A stretch of DNA of 64,000 nucleotides from Nostoc sp. (lineage in GTDB: Bacteria > Cyanobacteriota > Cyanobacteriia > Cyanobacteriales > Nostocaceae), in contig JBALDB010000008.1 in NCBI GenBank assembly GCA_036918135.1, positions 32,001 through 96,000 of the forward strand, written 5' to 3'. This document shows, in pieces, positions 29,755 to 39,613 of the stretch. Under the pieces are notes generated by a model. That model had not been told where the DNA came from. It ran no database searches and saw only the letters and a program-made list of their open reading frames with translations. The translations under genes were made by a program, and so were the position numbers. Within the stretch, counting starts at the first letter, position 1. Every line of letters begins with the position of its first letter.

Positions 29755-30468
29755 CTAACTACGAAAGACTTGGCGAAAACCAAAATAGGCGATCGCGTCT
29801 TTCATATTTGAGACAAAACGTTTTAACATACCCATGTGGGTGTCAGTGACGTACTCCAAAGTCAAGACAATCCGCTGTTCATTGTTACCTAAAGGAGTAA
29901 CTCTGTGGTAAAGTTTATCACCGTTAAATAATACTAGAGTACCAGGGGTTAAGGAAAGCGATCGCATTTGCGTCTCTCGTTCGGGAATATCCTTGTAGAG
30001 TTGATATTCCAGCTTACTTGATGAATTATCAACTAAACCAAGCAACACTGTATAGCGTTTTCCATCATAGTAAGAGGTATCGTAGTGATACTGGATATGG
30101 TCTCCAGGCTCAGTATAGTAGTACAGCGCGTAAGTATGGGGATCGGTATCAGGACAGGGCAGGAGTTTTTCAGCCGTAATTTCGTTGAGAAACTGGAAAA
30201 AGGTATTTAGTTGATAAAACTCTCCAAAAATCGGCGCTAGATTATCCAAACTATAGCGGCTAATACTACCGCCTTTTTTATGATTGGGAATATAGTTGCG
30301 ATTGATAGCAGGTTGCAGGGATGGTAACAAACTCAAAAACTGATTGAGGATGGAATTAGGAAGAAAGTTTTCTAGCACTAAAAATTCATTCTGTGCTTGA
30401 AACTCAGCTTTAAGTTTTTGATAATCAATAGCTGCTATAGCTCGATAAATTTCAGTTTGAATCTCCAT
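29755..30468 (-). CDS. 2OG-Fe(II) oxygenase
   Basis: HYD (HxD) ... FNGDKLYHRVTP ... R facial triad. Confidence 0.8.
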   Translation of the reverse strand: MEIQTEIYRAIAAIDYQKLKAEFQAQNEFLVLENFLPNSILNQFLSLLPSLQPAINRNYIPNHKKGGSISRYSLDNLAPIFGEFYQLNTFFQFLNEITAEKLLPCPDTDPHTYALYYYTEPGDHIQYHYDTSYYDGKRYTVLLGLVDNSSSKLEYQLYKDIPERETQMRSLSLTPGTLVLFNGDKLYHRVTPLGNNEQRIVLTLEYVTDTHMGMLKRFVSNMKDAIAYFGFRQVFRS

Positions 30469-30634
30469 TAATCAGCAAGTCAATTGTTAAAAGAATAAAT
30501 GCCCCATACTCCTTAGGAGTGCTGATTCACCGTTCGCCCTCAAGAGAAGTTCATCCCGGCAAAAGCCACCCTCGTGACTTCTCGCTAAGTGATAAGTGAA
30601 TATTATCCCTGCTTCCTGCCTTGAAAAAGGGTGT

Positions 30635-30711
30635 GGGGTGTGGGGTGTAGGGGATATTCCTTTTTCATGCATGGCGGTGAAACTTGTTTCATCGGGACTG
30701 CCTTATACCCC
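30635..30711. repeat. Dispersed ~75-bp repeat, copy 2
   Basis: Matches 21239-21314. Confidence 0.8.
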
Positions 30712-30737
30712 ATTATTCCATACCTAATGCCACACTA

Positions 30738-31343
30738 CTAATTTGCTTGAGACTCTCGGAGTGCAAAAAATTGCCAAATTACCCATACTGCAAATATTGG
30801 CGCACCAATAGTAGCTGCAATTAGTAATGGCTCTAGTCCATCGAGTAAGCTGATTATAGGAAACAAATACAGCACATCTTCAATGTCAAAGCCGGCAAAA
30901 TTCGGTTGACGGATGGCCTCTTTACCTAAACGCTGTTCCATTTCGTTTCGTAAATGGAAGATGCAAGCAACAGACACGCCAGATACTATCCCCATAACCA
31001 ACGCCCACGAACCAAGTTCACCTCCCCTCAGACCATACCCAATACCTATAAATAAGAGAATGTGGATAACAGCATCACTAAAAAGGTCGTACTGATGTCC
31101 CCATTTGCTGCTTTTCCCACTCAAACGGGCTAATTCACCATCTGTATGATCCAAAAAGTTGGATAAAACAAACAGCACTGCTCCAATGTTAGCCCAGATA
31201 TCATCGCCAACCGCCAATGCGACAGCCGCCGCCAACCCTGTTACAAGTCGGACTGTGGTGAGATGATTGGGATTTACCCAACTGTCTTTTAGAGGTTGAA
31301 CTAGCCAGTTAGCAAGTTGAGCATCCCAAGGCTTTGCGGTCAT
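30738..31343 (-). CDS. CDP-alcohol phosphatidyltransferase family
   Basis: PNHLT..DHTDGELARLSGKSSKWGHQYDLFSD signature. Confidence 0.9.
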   Translation of the reverse strand: MTAKPWDAQLANWLVQPLKDSWVNPNHLTTVRLVTGLAAAVALAVGDDIWANIGAVLFVLSNFLDHTDGELARLSGKSSKWGHQYDLFSDAVIHILLFIGIGYGLRGGELGSWALVMGIVSGVSVACIFHLRNEMEQRLGKEAIRQPNFAGFDIEDVLYLFPIISLLDGLEPLLIAATIGAPIFAVWVIWQFFALRESQAN

Positions 31344-31544
31344 AGATAAACTTGAGTTTAATGTGGTCTTTGAATATCTATAACATTGTAAGTATCACAT
31401 CTGCCTCAAGATATAGATTTTGTTTAAAAATTATTATAAATGGGCAAGGAACTATAGGAGAAGTCCAGTAAGTTTTTCCTTGTGCCTCCTCATGCCCTAT
31501 TTCAAAAGTCGGTTTGCATAAAACTACTCCTAATAGCAGTTTTA

Positions 31545-31690
31545 CTACTTCTGTAATTGACAGCTTCGGGTAGAAGACTTTTGAAGATAGGTATCAAACC
31601 CAAATGCCAGGGCTTCTTCAGAGGAATTATCTTCAGTTCTGCCAGTAAAAGCAATTGCCGGAATTCTTCTTTTTTGTGGATGCCTAAGTG
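31545..31690 (-). pseudogene. Response-regulator receiver C-terminal remnant
   Basis: RRIPAIAFTG..EALAFGFDTYLQK. Confidence 0.5.
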
Positions 31691-31803
31691 TTCTGTGACT
31701 TTTGAGAGACTGAAAAATCAAAAAATGCACCACTGTTGACAGTCAACGGTCAACTGTCAGCAACTCCAGACAGCATAATTTATTTCTTGCAGTTCCTTTA
31801 AAG

Positions 31804-33459
31804 TTAGCTACGAACCTTGGTGAGGATTTTTTGGGAATAAAACGAAGCTGATTCTTCATTTTTGGCGCAATCTTGGGCAAACTTAATCAGATGATGCCCT
31901 ACAAGTCCAACGTGAATCAAGTTCTCAATCTCACCTGCTTTCAGTGCTGGCTTGGCCATTTTCCAGAAAGTTTGACGATAGTTACTAAATATACCTATCT
32001 GCAGCAAAATATTGATTAAATAGGTTAAACCTTTGCGAATATTACCCCCAGAAGTACGAGCTGGGCTATTAGGAACTTTGATGCGGTTTGGATAAGTGTG
32101 TTCCATGTTGTAAGCGAACCGCTGATATAAAAATTCTGGCTCATAAGCTGTAGTAATGCAACGCCGCCACATCTCGACAACTTGCTCATAGGGCATCAAA
32201 AACTCAACATTTGATTCGCGGCTTTCATCAAAAACAAGTCGCCCCTCTGTTTCTAACCTCCGCCATAAAGGAGTTCTCGGTAATGCATGAAGTAGGTTAA
32301 TTGTCAACATGGGAATTTGGGAGGCTCGAATAAATTCCAGAATTCGATCGCCTGTTTCTGGTGTATCTGTATCTAAGCCGATGATGATCCCCGATACGAC
32401 TTCCATGCCATAGCTGTTTAAAATCTGAATCGCTTTTAAAATTGGCATACTCAGATTTTGGTCTTTGGAAATAGCGTGGAGAGCCTGTGGTTCCGGTGTT
32501 TCAATGCCGCAAAAAACTGTGCAGAAATAAGCTTCACGCATCATTTGCAGCAGTTTTGGGCTTTGAGCGAGGTTGAGAGTTGCTTCACAAGCAAATTGGA
32601 TGGGGTAGCCATTGCGCTTTTGCCACTCAATCAGGTGAGGAAGCAAGTTCATAGCGGCGCGGCGATCGCCAACAAAGTTATCATCGACAAAATACACTGC
32701 TCCCAAATTGCCCGACTGGCGCATTGCATCTAACTCAGCGACAACTTGCTCTGGTGTTTTCATCCGGGGATTTCGTCCATAGAGTTCTGGAATATCACAA
32801 AACTCACAACGATAAGGGCAACCACTGGAAAACTGCACGTTTGCTAGGAAATAATCATCGATATTCAATAAATGGTAAGCTGGTGTGGGAAACTCCGTTA
32901 AGGGTAAACGTTCTTTGGTTTCAAAGCGAATTTGCGCTTGGGGACGCTCGGAGTTTTGGTCTAGATACTCGATTAGGCGATCGGTTGCATCTCCCAATTC
33001 ACCCAAATTTAAAATATCAAACTCTGGATAATATTCTGGGCAACCAGATACAGAAGGGCCGCCGATAACTGTGATTTTGCCAGCTCGATGGGCAAGTTCA
33101 TTAATTTGATTAATCTGTGGTTTTTGGATATGCATTCCACTGACAATTACCACATCAGCCCATTGATAATCAGCCCTAGTTGCTGATTTGACATTCTCAT
33201 CAATAAACCGGACTTCCCATTCTTGAGGCAAGTAAGCAGCCACAATTAAAATACCCTGGGGTGGCATAAAAGCCCGAACATTACCCATCAGTGGGTAAGC
33301 GTAATGAAATGTGCCAAATGAACGACTATACTTAGGAAAGATACAAAGGATACGTCGATGATGCTGGGGAATGTAGCGGTTTTTTTGAGCGTTAGATGCG
33401 GTTTTTGGCTCGGTCGCGATATCCATTGGATTCTCTAAAGACTTTAGATTTACAGTCAT
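31804..33459 (-). CDS. hpnP: Hopanoid C-2 methylase, B12-dependent radical SAM
   Basis: RRILCIFPKYSRSFGTF..AFMPPQGILIVAAYLP..FIDEN..SGMHIQ is the HpnP N-terminus; CPYRCEFC; start uncertain (33471/33459/later). Confidence 0.88.
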   Translation of the reverse strand: MTVNLKSLENPMDIATEPKTASNAQKNRYIPQHHRRILCIFPKYSRSFGTFHYAYPLMGNVRAFMPPQGILIVAAYLPQEWEVRFIDENVKSATRADYQWADVVIVSGMHIQKPQINQINELAHRAGKITVIGGPSVSGCPEYYPEFDILNLGELGDATDRLIEYLDQNSERPQAQIRFETKERLPLTEFPTPAYHLLNIDDYFLANVQFSSGCPYRCEFCDIPELYGRNPRMKTPEQVVAELDAMRQSGNLGAVYFVDDNFVGDRRAAMNLLPHLIEWQKRNGYPIQFACEATLNLAQSPKLLQMMREAYFCTVFCGIETPEPQALHAISKDQNLSMPILKAIQILNSYGMEVVSGIIIGLDTDTPETGDRILEFIRASQIPMLTINLLHALPRTPLWRRLETEGRLVFDESRESNVEFLMPYEQVVEMWRRCITTAYEPEFLYQRFAYNMEHTYPNRIKVPNSPARTSGGNIRKGLTYLINILLQIGIFSNYRQTFWKMAKPALKAGEIENLIHVGLVGHHLIKFAQDCAKNEESASFYSQKILTKVRS

Positions 33460-33617
33460 TGCAAATTTCACCCCGAAAAACTGAGCAGCTAATTTAACAA
33501 TTTACTGACATAACTCAGATGTAATTCCAACTAGCTTACCGCGTTCTTTCAGAAATTTTTAACTGTAATATAGAAAACTTACCCCAAAACTGCCGACTTA
33601 CTCAGTCTATAGATAAC

Positions 33618-34085
33618 TATAGCCGTAGTCACACTCTTTAGGACATTTTGAAAGGGTGAAAGAAGAGAGTTAGCAATAGTTTTACCTCCTCAGCATAGCT
33701 GCCTCCTGCCTTCTGCTATATCTTGAAAACAGGGCATAGGGTAAGCTGTTGTGTTTTTAATTTGCACACTGAGACGGCAGGGGAGCAGAGGGGCAGAGGA
33801 GACGGTTTGCAGGTTTTACCTAAAATGATTATGAGGCAAATTGTAGGCGCGACAGCTTATTATAGCGGCGATCGCTTCCTTGCAATCTAGTCGCAAGTCT
33901 AAAAAGCAAACATTCCCCTCCCCGCTTGCAGGGGAGGGGTTGAAGCGTGTTTCTATCCAAATGAGAACCGCTAGCTGCTACTAAGCTGTTCAACATCTAG
34001 TTTGCATATCTAAGTTTAATACAACTCTTGTGGGGTGAGCCGGAAAGCCCGCCCTAATTATGCAAGTTAAATGTGGAACAGCTTA
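33618..34085. repeat. Tandem cluster of MITE-like elements
   Basis: 33618-33720 (related to 57337-57429, inverted); TAAGCTGT..ACAGCTTA-bounded units at 33742-33859 and 33982-34085; TAGCGG..CCGCTA unit at about 33861-33973. Confidence 0.65.
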
Positions 34086-34105
34086 TCAGCGCCAAAGGCT
34101 TGGTT

Positions 34106-35296
34106 TTAGGGGCTTTGGGGGTGATGCCAATATTTGTAAGCAGCGTATGCCATAGTCACGACTCCGGTGATAATGGCAGATTCATCGACTTCAAATAAGG
34201 GATGATGTAATGGGTGGTTAATGATTCTTTCTTCGTAGCCTACACCCAAGCGAAACATTGAACCAGGGGTATGTTCTAAATACATAGAAAAATCCTCAGA
34301 ACCAAGGGAGGGTTCGGGTAAAACTTGGACGCGATCGCTACTCCAAGCTTCTTCTGCAGCTGATTGCAACAATTGAGTCAGAGCATAATCATTTTGCACG
34401 CTGGGTACGCCCTGACGATAATTAACTTGATAACGTGCCCCGTAAGGACGGCAGACATTAGCTACAATATTTTCAATCCAGTTTGGCAGATGGGCACGGG
34501 TTTCGGGATGGAGCGATCGCACGGTTCCCAATAACTGCACTTTATCAGCAATTACATTCGGCGCTCTACCACCATTAATCTTGCCGAGACTCAACACTAC
34601 AGGACGCAACGGATTCTGTGTCCGGCTGATGGCTTGTTGCAATCCAGTAATAATTTGAGCCGCAATCCAAATCGCATCAACCGCCTCATGGGGACGCGCT
34701 CCATGTCCAGATTCGCCAATAATCAGAATCTCTAAATCATCAGCAGCAGCAGTCAATGCCCCATAACGTACCCCAATCGAACCTGCGGGTATAGAAGGGA
34801 AAACATGAATCCCTAATATAGCTGAGACGTTTTCCATCGCCCCATCTTTCATCATCCAGCTTGCTCCTTGGGCAATTTCTTCGGCTGGCTGAAATAAAAA
34901 CCGCACTTTACCACCCAATTCCTCTGCTATTTGGGACAGCACCATCGCTGTTCCTAACCCCACTGTGGTGTGGACATCATGACCGCAAGCGTGCATTACA
35001 CCAGCTGCGCGAGAGGCGTATTCCAAATTAGTGCCCTCTTGAATTGGCAAGGCATCCATATCGGTGCGAATTGCCAGTAAACGCTCATTTTGGCTAGTAT
35101 TTTGCAATTCTCCAATAACGCCTGTTTTACCAACTCCTTCTTGCACATGCAAACCACTGGAAGACAAAACACCAGCTACAAAGGCAGCTGTTTGGTACTC
35201 CTGACCGCTCAGTTCTGGGTGAGAGTGAATGTGGCGGCGAATTTCAATTAGTCGGGGCGCTAGTTTTGCTGCTAAATCTTTAATATGGGTAAGCAT
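34106..35296 (-). CDS. M20 family amidohydrolase
   Basis: RRHIHSHPELS, RTDMDALP, MHACGHD, FQPAEE, GHGARPH, SEDF, LHHP. Confidence 0.92.
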   Translation of the reverse strand: MLTHIKDLAAKLAPRLIEIRRHIHSHPELSGQEYQTAAFVAGVLSSSGLHVQEGVGKTGVIGELQNTSQNERLLAIRTDMDALPIQEGTNLEYASRAAGVMHACGHDVHTTVGLGTAMVLSQIAEELGGKVRFLFQPAEEIAQGASWMMKDGAMENVSAILGIHVFPSIPAGSIGVRYGALTAAADDLEILIIGESGHGARPHEAVDAIWIAAQIITGLQQAISRTQNPLRPVVLSLGKINGGRAPNVIADKVQLLGTVRSLHPETRAHLPNWIENIVANVCRPYGARYQVNYRQGVPSVQNDYALTQLLQSAAEEAWSSDRVQVLPEPSLGSEDFSMYLEHTPGSMFRLGVGYEERIINHPLHHPLFEVDESAIITGVVTMAYAAYKYWHHPQSP

Positions 35297-35553
35297 TGAT
35301 ATCAACTAACTCTACAGGCTTGCTTCCATGATAAAGAAATGTTAACAAACAAAAAAGTAATATATTCTTCAGGCATGGGGAATTGGGAGTGCTGTTAGCG
35401 GAAGCGGGGCGTTTAGCCCGTGTTGAGTGTTGAGTTAGGAGTTATTTTGTTCGTACCTCCTCTGCTATCTCATCTCCCGGTTGGTGAGTTTCGACTACAC
35501 AAAATCGAGCGAAGTCGAACCATATCTGGCTCATCTCCCCGTCTTCCCCACAC

Positions 35554-36117
35554 CTATTTTCCGTAGCAGGTTGTGCCTGGAGTATTCTCAGGTCTGAACT
35601 GGTTACATTCCCTAACATTTGGACGCTCTAACGACCAGCTGTAAGGTTTGTCGGAGGTAACGACACCATTACTCAAAGTTGTTAGTCGGTAGTTTGCCGC
35701 CCGAAAATTGGTAAATAGCAATTTGGCATCCTTTAAGTTTGCCGCTTCTAAATTGGTACTCATGAAACCGGCATAGGACAGATCGGCTTTTTCTAAGGAT
35801 GCTGATTTCAAGTTTGCACCTGTTAAGGAAGCACCACTGAGATTCGCCGAATTGAGAATTGCACCTTCTAAATTTGCACCTGTGAGATCGGCATTCGTGA
35901 GATTAACTTGAGATAATGTCGCACCGCTCAAGTTAGCCCCTCGCAAAACTGCTCCACTTAGATTTAGTTGAGTTAAATCAGCACCACTTAAATCGCACCT
36001 GGGACAAGTATTAGTTGCCTTCAACTGCTCCAAGTCTTGCACGTTTGATGCAAAGGTCTGTCCTGCAAAGCCGAAACAAGCTAACAGGACGACGGTAGTG
36101 ACAATCTTAAGTTTCAT
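35554..36117 (-). CDS. Exported pentapeptide repeat protein
   Basis: Signal peptide, CPRCDL, A(N/D)LSG repeats. Confidence 0.9.
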   Translation of the reverse strand: MKLKIVTTVVLLACFGFAGQTFASNVQDLEQLKATNTCPRCDLSGADLTQLNLSGAVLRGANLSGATLSQVNLTNADLTGANLEGAILNSANLSGASLTGANLKSASLEKADLSYAGFMSTNLEAANLKDAKLLFTNFRAANYRLTTLSNGVVTSDKPYSWSLERPNVRECNQFRPENTPGTTCYGK

Positions 36118-36466
36118 ATTTGTTACAGATATTTACAAGGATGACAAATAATGTACACTGGTACTGTCATCGTTACATATAAGACATGCCAAGTGAATAA
36201 CCGGAATGAAGCATTGATTAAGAAGCGATGAATATCCGATAAATTCTTGGGGTAAGGCTACTCAAAGTAAAATCTAGGTTATACAATCGAGTCGTAAGGA
36301 ACTATACTGAACCATTTATAGACTACCACATATGCGATCCCCCTAGCTCGATAAAAAGATGACTAGGGGGATCTTGTTTTTAGGTATTTAACAACCAGTG
36401 GAAAGTTAAGGGTTAGGAGTTAGGAATTTTCCCCTCTATGTGCCCCTATGTCTTGCCTATTCCTAA

Positions 36467-38209
36467 TTAGCGCCATCCCAAAAGACGCAACCCAGGCACA
36501 ATTAGATAGAAACTTACTCCTAGCCAAAAGCTGAGAAACCAGCCTACAGAACCAAAAAAAATCAAAGGCTTGTATAACTCTAGCCAGCTTGGTTGACTGG
36601 AAAATTCCAAGAGCGGAGGTGCTAACTTCAAAAGAATCAAAGCTGTATAGCCGATCGCACTGCCAAAGGCAGCGAACACAGCGTACACTATATGATGGCT
36701 GCGAAGTCCTAAACTCAAGGTGAGTAAGCAAACTCCCACTAAAATCACTGCTACTAAGCCTTCGCCGCTGCCTTTTGGTGTAATTAATTGCAAAATTAAC
36801 CAGCCAAAGCCGTAGCTAATCATGCCCATCACTGAGGCTACTAAAAACCGCCGTCGTTGACCAAAACACCCCGATACTGTTAGTCCCCATGCGGTTCCCC
36901 AACCTGCGACTACAAAGACTAAAATATCTGGGCCAAAGGTGGGTTGAGTATTTGGAACTAATTGATTTACCTGAATCGAAAGAAATTCCACAACCCGACG
37001 CCCCAAGCTTGTGCGATAGGCCAAAATAAAACCAGCGATCGCACCAAAACAAGCGCCAATAGAAGTTAGGATTATCGCCCAAATTGTCGCCAAACAAGCT
37101 TGGAGAATTTTTAGAATTATTTGAGCAATAAAAATAATGGTTTGACTTAGAGCTTGGCTAAATTGAGCTAAAACTTGTTCAACAGCTTGTGTTAACAGTG
37201 TAAGTTTCTGAGAGGCTTGCTTAACGTTGTGCCGCAGTTGGGATAATCTTGGGGACGATAATGGTTGGGAAATCTTTGCCAGGCGTTTTTGAATCATAGC
37301 TGCATTTAGTGGGCGCAATCGCACATCCTCCTGCACCATTTCATCGAGTAAGTCTGCTAATTGCCGATTGACATTCACCCGATTTCGCCACTGCAACTTC
37401 CCAGTTTGTCCGTCTTCCAACTCTGGCGGATACTTACCTGTTAGTAGTTCAATTATCGTTCGACCCAAAGCAAAAAAATCGGCACTCGGCCCCACAATTC
37501 CTCCAGTCACTTGTTCTGGGGGACTGTAGCCAGAAGAAAATAACCGCGTGGAACTAGACCGAGAACGCAGTTTGGAAGCGCTGACTTGTTTTGCTCCCCC
37601 AAAATCAATTAAGACTAAGCGATCGCTTTTTTCTTTTCCAATCGCGGCTACACTTGGTGAAGAGGTATCCAGCATCAAATTAGAAGGTTTAATGTCCCGG
37701 TGAATAATTTGACGTTTGTGTAATTCCTGTAAAATCTCTACAGCTTGGGCGAACCAGTTTAAAACCAAATCCTCCGGACATCCTTGCGGATACTTCTTTA
37801 ATATCTCCTCTAAAGTCTGCCCATTGATTTTTTCCATTACCAGACAAGGTAATTGATGCGGTTTAGGATTGAACAAATTTACTTGAAAATACCCATCGGC
37901 ATCAACTTTCGGCACACCGGGATGCTGTAAGCTAGATAAAACCGCCGCCTCTTGAGTAAATAATTCCAGTGCTTTTGGTGAATTTTCTACCAATACTTTC
38001 AGCACTTTCTCGGTTTGAGTTTTTTCATCCCAAACCGTGTAAATTTCAGCAAATCCTCCCGATCCTAACCGTTGAACTGGGATATAGCGGTCTAGTAACT
38101 GTAGCGGTGCGCCACAGCTGTTACAAAATTTGTTTCCCCAAGGTTGAGGATAAGGACGTTGACAATCAGGATTTATGCAGTGAACCGCACTCTGGTTGAT
38201 GTGGGACAC
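36467..38209 (-). CDS. Ser/Thr protein kinase with 4-Cys prefix and C-terminal TMs
   Basis: CINPDC..FCNSCG; LGSGGF, HRDIKPSN, DFG, GYSPPEQ. Confidence 0.92.
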   Translation of the reverse strand: MSHINQSAVHCINPDCQRPYPQPWGNKFCNSCGAPLQLLDRYIPVQRLGSGGFAEIYTVWDEKTQTEKVLKVLVENSPKALELFTQEAAVLSSLQHPGVPKVDADGYFQVNLFNPKPHQLPCLVMEKINGQTLEEILKKYPQGCPEDLVLNWFAQAVEILQELHKRQIIHRDIKPSNLMLDTSSPSVAAIGKEKSDRLVLIDFGGAKQVSASKLRSRSSSTRLFSSGYSPPEQVTGGIVGPSADFFALGRTIIELLTGKYPPELEDGQTGKLQWRNRVNVNRQLADLLDEMVQEDVRLRPLNAAMIQKRLAKISQPLSSPRLSQLRHNVKQASQKLTLLTQAVEQVLAQFSQALSQTIIFIAQIILKILQACLATIWAIILTSIGACFGAIAGFILAYRTSLGRRVVEFLSIQVNQLVPNTQPTFGPDILVFVVAGWGTAWGLTVSGCFGQRRRFLVASVMGMISYGFGWLILQLITPKGSGEGLVAVILVGVCLLTLSLGLRSHHIVYAVFAAFGSAIGYTALILLKLAPPLLEFSSQPSWLELYKPLIFFGSVGWFLSFWLGVSFYLIVPGLRLLGWR

Positions 38210-38623
38210 AACCGCTACAATACAAAGGCTGACTTGATTTTAGCGTTTCTTTAGGTTTCGTGATTTGAAAATAACGAACAGGTGAAATAGCCCAATTTCC
38301 AGCCTAAAAAGTTTGGAGTCAGTTTTGGGAATAATCAAAACAAGTGTTCCCGCTTCTTGCTCAGTCGAGTCTGGGGGCGAACACTACCAATATTTGGCGA
38401 AATGCAATAATTTAAATGTTTACTTTTATTGGGATAGTTTCGGTTCTATGAATCTGGTTTAGAAGCAGAGACTAATCTTGTCATAAAATTAATTAGATAA
38501 ATTACTAAAACAGAAACAATTCATCCAATATCTAACACAACTTATCCGTAAATTTGAATTGTAACAGATAATTTATTTAATTAAAGATTTAATAAAGGAT
38601 AATTATAAAATATCAAAGATTAT

Positions 38624-39604
38624 ATGTTAAAGCTACTCAAATATCTTAGTATTTTTATAATTACCACCTATTTACTATTTGGTTGTAATGCTTCAGCACC
38701 AACCCAATTAAAACATCCTCCCTTGAAAGTAGAATTTGCATCTTTTATTGGCGAGTATCCAGGCATCATTGCTCAAAAAAAAGGATTTTTCAAAGCCCAA
38801 GGGGTAGATGTGGAACTAATTCATAAACGATACACCCAATTGGAACAAGCAAATTTCAATGCGGGTAAATATGATGGTATTACATTATCCTTGGGAAGTT
38901 TTATAATGTTGAGTGCTACAAATCCTGATATACAAAGCGTGATAATTATGGATGAATCAACAGGAGCAGATGTGGTAGTTGCCCAATCACAAATTAAAAC
39001 CGTTGCTGACTTAAAAGGAAAAAAGCTGGGTGCAAATCTAGGCGGTTTTAGCGAAGTTTTTGTGACTGAAATGTTGAAAAGTGCCAACTTAACCAGCGAC
39101 GATCTGAACTTGCTTAAATTAGATGCTTCAGAAATTCCTCAACGTCTAAAAAATAATGTTATTCAAGCCGGACACACTTGGGAACCTTATCTTTCTGAAG
39201 CTATTAAATCAGGGGGACATGTTTTATTTAGCAGCAAACAAACCCCTGGCTTGATTTTAGATATGATTATCTTTCGCGGTGAAATAATCCGCGATCGCCC
39301 CGAAGATATTCGTGCATTTATCCGAGGATGGCTGCAAGCCGCTGCGTACTGGAAAGCAAATGTTCAAGAAGGAAACGCGATTGTCAGCAAAGCCTTAAAT
39401 ATTCCTAGCAATACACTCTCTTTGGAAGGAGTAAACCTAACCGATCTAGCTGAAAATCAAAAATTATTTCAATCTAGCAACCCTAACTCTATTTACAAAG
39501 CTGCCAAGATATATGCAGATTTTTTTATTCGCTCTGGAAACATAACCCGCATTCCTGAACTAAAAAGTTTGTTCAATTCTTCGTTCTTGAATCCTCCCTC
39601 CTAG
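38624..39604 (+). CDS. ABC-type substrate-binding lipoprotein (SsuA/NMT1-like)
   Basis: Lipobox LFGC; AQKKGFFKAQGVDVEL, DESTGAD, DLKGKK, TWEP. Confidence 0.85.
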   Translation: MLKLLKYLSIFIITTYLLFGCNASAPTQLKHPPLKVEFASFIGEYPGIIAQKKGFFKAQGVDVELIHKRYTQLEQANFNAGKYDGITLSLGSFIMLSATNPDIQSVIIMDESTGADVVVAQSQIKTVADLKGKKLGANLGGFSEVFVTEMLKSANLTSDDLNLLKLDASEIPQRLKNNVIQAGHTWEPYLSEAIKSGGHVLFSSKQTPGLILDMIIFRGEIIRDRPEDIRAFIRGWLQAAAYWKANVQEGNAIVSKALNIPSNTLSLEGVNLTDLAENQKLFQSSNPNSIYKAAKIYADFFIRSGNITRIPELKSLFNSSFLNPPS

Positions 39605-39613
39605 TTTAAAGTT

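Noticed and set aside
29755..30468. BesD-type halogenase
   Set aside because: Has HxD rather than HxG/A
36336..36373. Hairpin as terminator of the kinase gene
   Set aside because: The U-tract is on the opposite strand, so its role is unclear
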